Assembly: GCA_030141605.1 (NCBI GenBank) | Contig: JAQGDQ010000078.1 | Coordinates: forward strand, 558,001-622,000 | DNA from: Tubiluchus corallicola | Taxonomy: Eukaryota; Animalia; Priapulida | Direction of reading: 5' to 3' | Length of the DNA: 64,000 nucleotides | Shown here: piece by piece, positions 63,541 to 64,000 of the stretch | How positions within the stretch are numbered: the first letter of the stretch is position 1 | Layout: each line of letters starts with the position of its first letter | Program-made: the position numbers and the translations under genes | The notes under the pieces: model-generated | The model's database searches: none | What the model was told of the DNA's origin: nothing | Seen by the model: the letters and a program-made list of their open reading frames with translations, nothing else

Positions 63541-63920
63541 AGCGTTTTCACAGTTCCAGCGATTGATGATGATTGTGAAAAGGTCAACGATTAAGTGTAC
63601 CAGACAACACACTTGTGTACACATGACAACGCCTCACAGCCCATGCTATTATAATAGTAACAGTTTCAACAGCTAGCTAGAACCTTACCTAGTTAATTTT
63701 TTCTTGTTCCCAAGCAAAATCCTGCTAGCATATCACTCTACATACAGACTAATGCATAATTAAGTAAAGTCTACATAAAACAATAGAAGTTACTGAACTG
63801 AAGCAGCTTTGCTTTACCCACAGGTCAAGTGACGGTTATAATTAAGACGTGTTGCTGGGGTTCATTTAATCTTTGACCTACAGCAACTGTGTGTGCGCAC
63901 AACAAAACTGTGAAAAGGCT
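63541..63920. mobile_element. Same MITE family, copy 3
   Basis: AGCGTTTTCACA...TGTGAAAAGGCT ends; colinear with the other two copies. Confidence 0.7.
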
Positions 63921-64000
63921 TATTCTGTACAATCCACCTGCCAGCGACCATAATTAATACAATGTACCTGTATGTACCTATATATATATATATTTATTTA

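Noticed and set aside
1-64000. CRISPR arrays, operons, prokaryotic defence systems, rRNA
   Set aside because: The sequence is eukaryotic with spliceosomal introns; no repeat-spacer arrays or rRNA-like tracts are visible.

Overview
AT-rich, intron-rich animal (probably invertebrate) genomic DNA with five spliced protein-coding genes. I assembled each by hand from splice sites, and reading-frame phase is consistent across all junctions. They are: (1) a C/EBP-superfamily, CHOP/DDIT3- or Xrp1-like bZIP gene on the minus strand (~317 aa); (2) an activin type II receptor (ACVR2/punt-like, ~534 aa, +); (3) ORC4 (~422 aa, -), tail-to-tail with the receptor; (4) coatomer delta subunit ARCN1 (~508 aa, +), head-to-head with ORC4; (5) a BOD1/BOD1L1-like gene (~1440 aa, +). 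Introns hold many non-autonomous DNA transposons (TA-, TTAA- and TAA-target types), two fold-back elements, a tRNA-derived SINE head and LINE remnants. The bZIP mRNA has a single spliced 31-codon uORF whose stop overlaps the main start (ATGA), a CHOP-like stress-translation layout. The order bZIP(-)/ACVR2(+)/ORC4(-) matches vertebrate ACVR2A-ORC4-MBD5 and DDIT3-MBD6 blocks as I recall them. The BOD1L gene appears able to make a short isoform by intronic read-through and polyadenylation, and its long isoform has five EGE[ILV] motifs resembling ARS2-recruitment motifs. ARCN1 has a GC-AG intron. All models are manual, with no transcript or database evidence.
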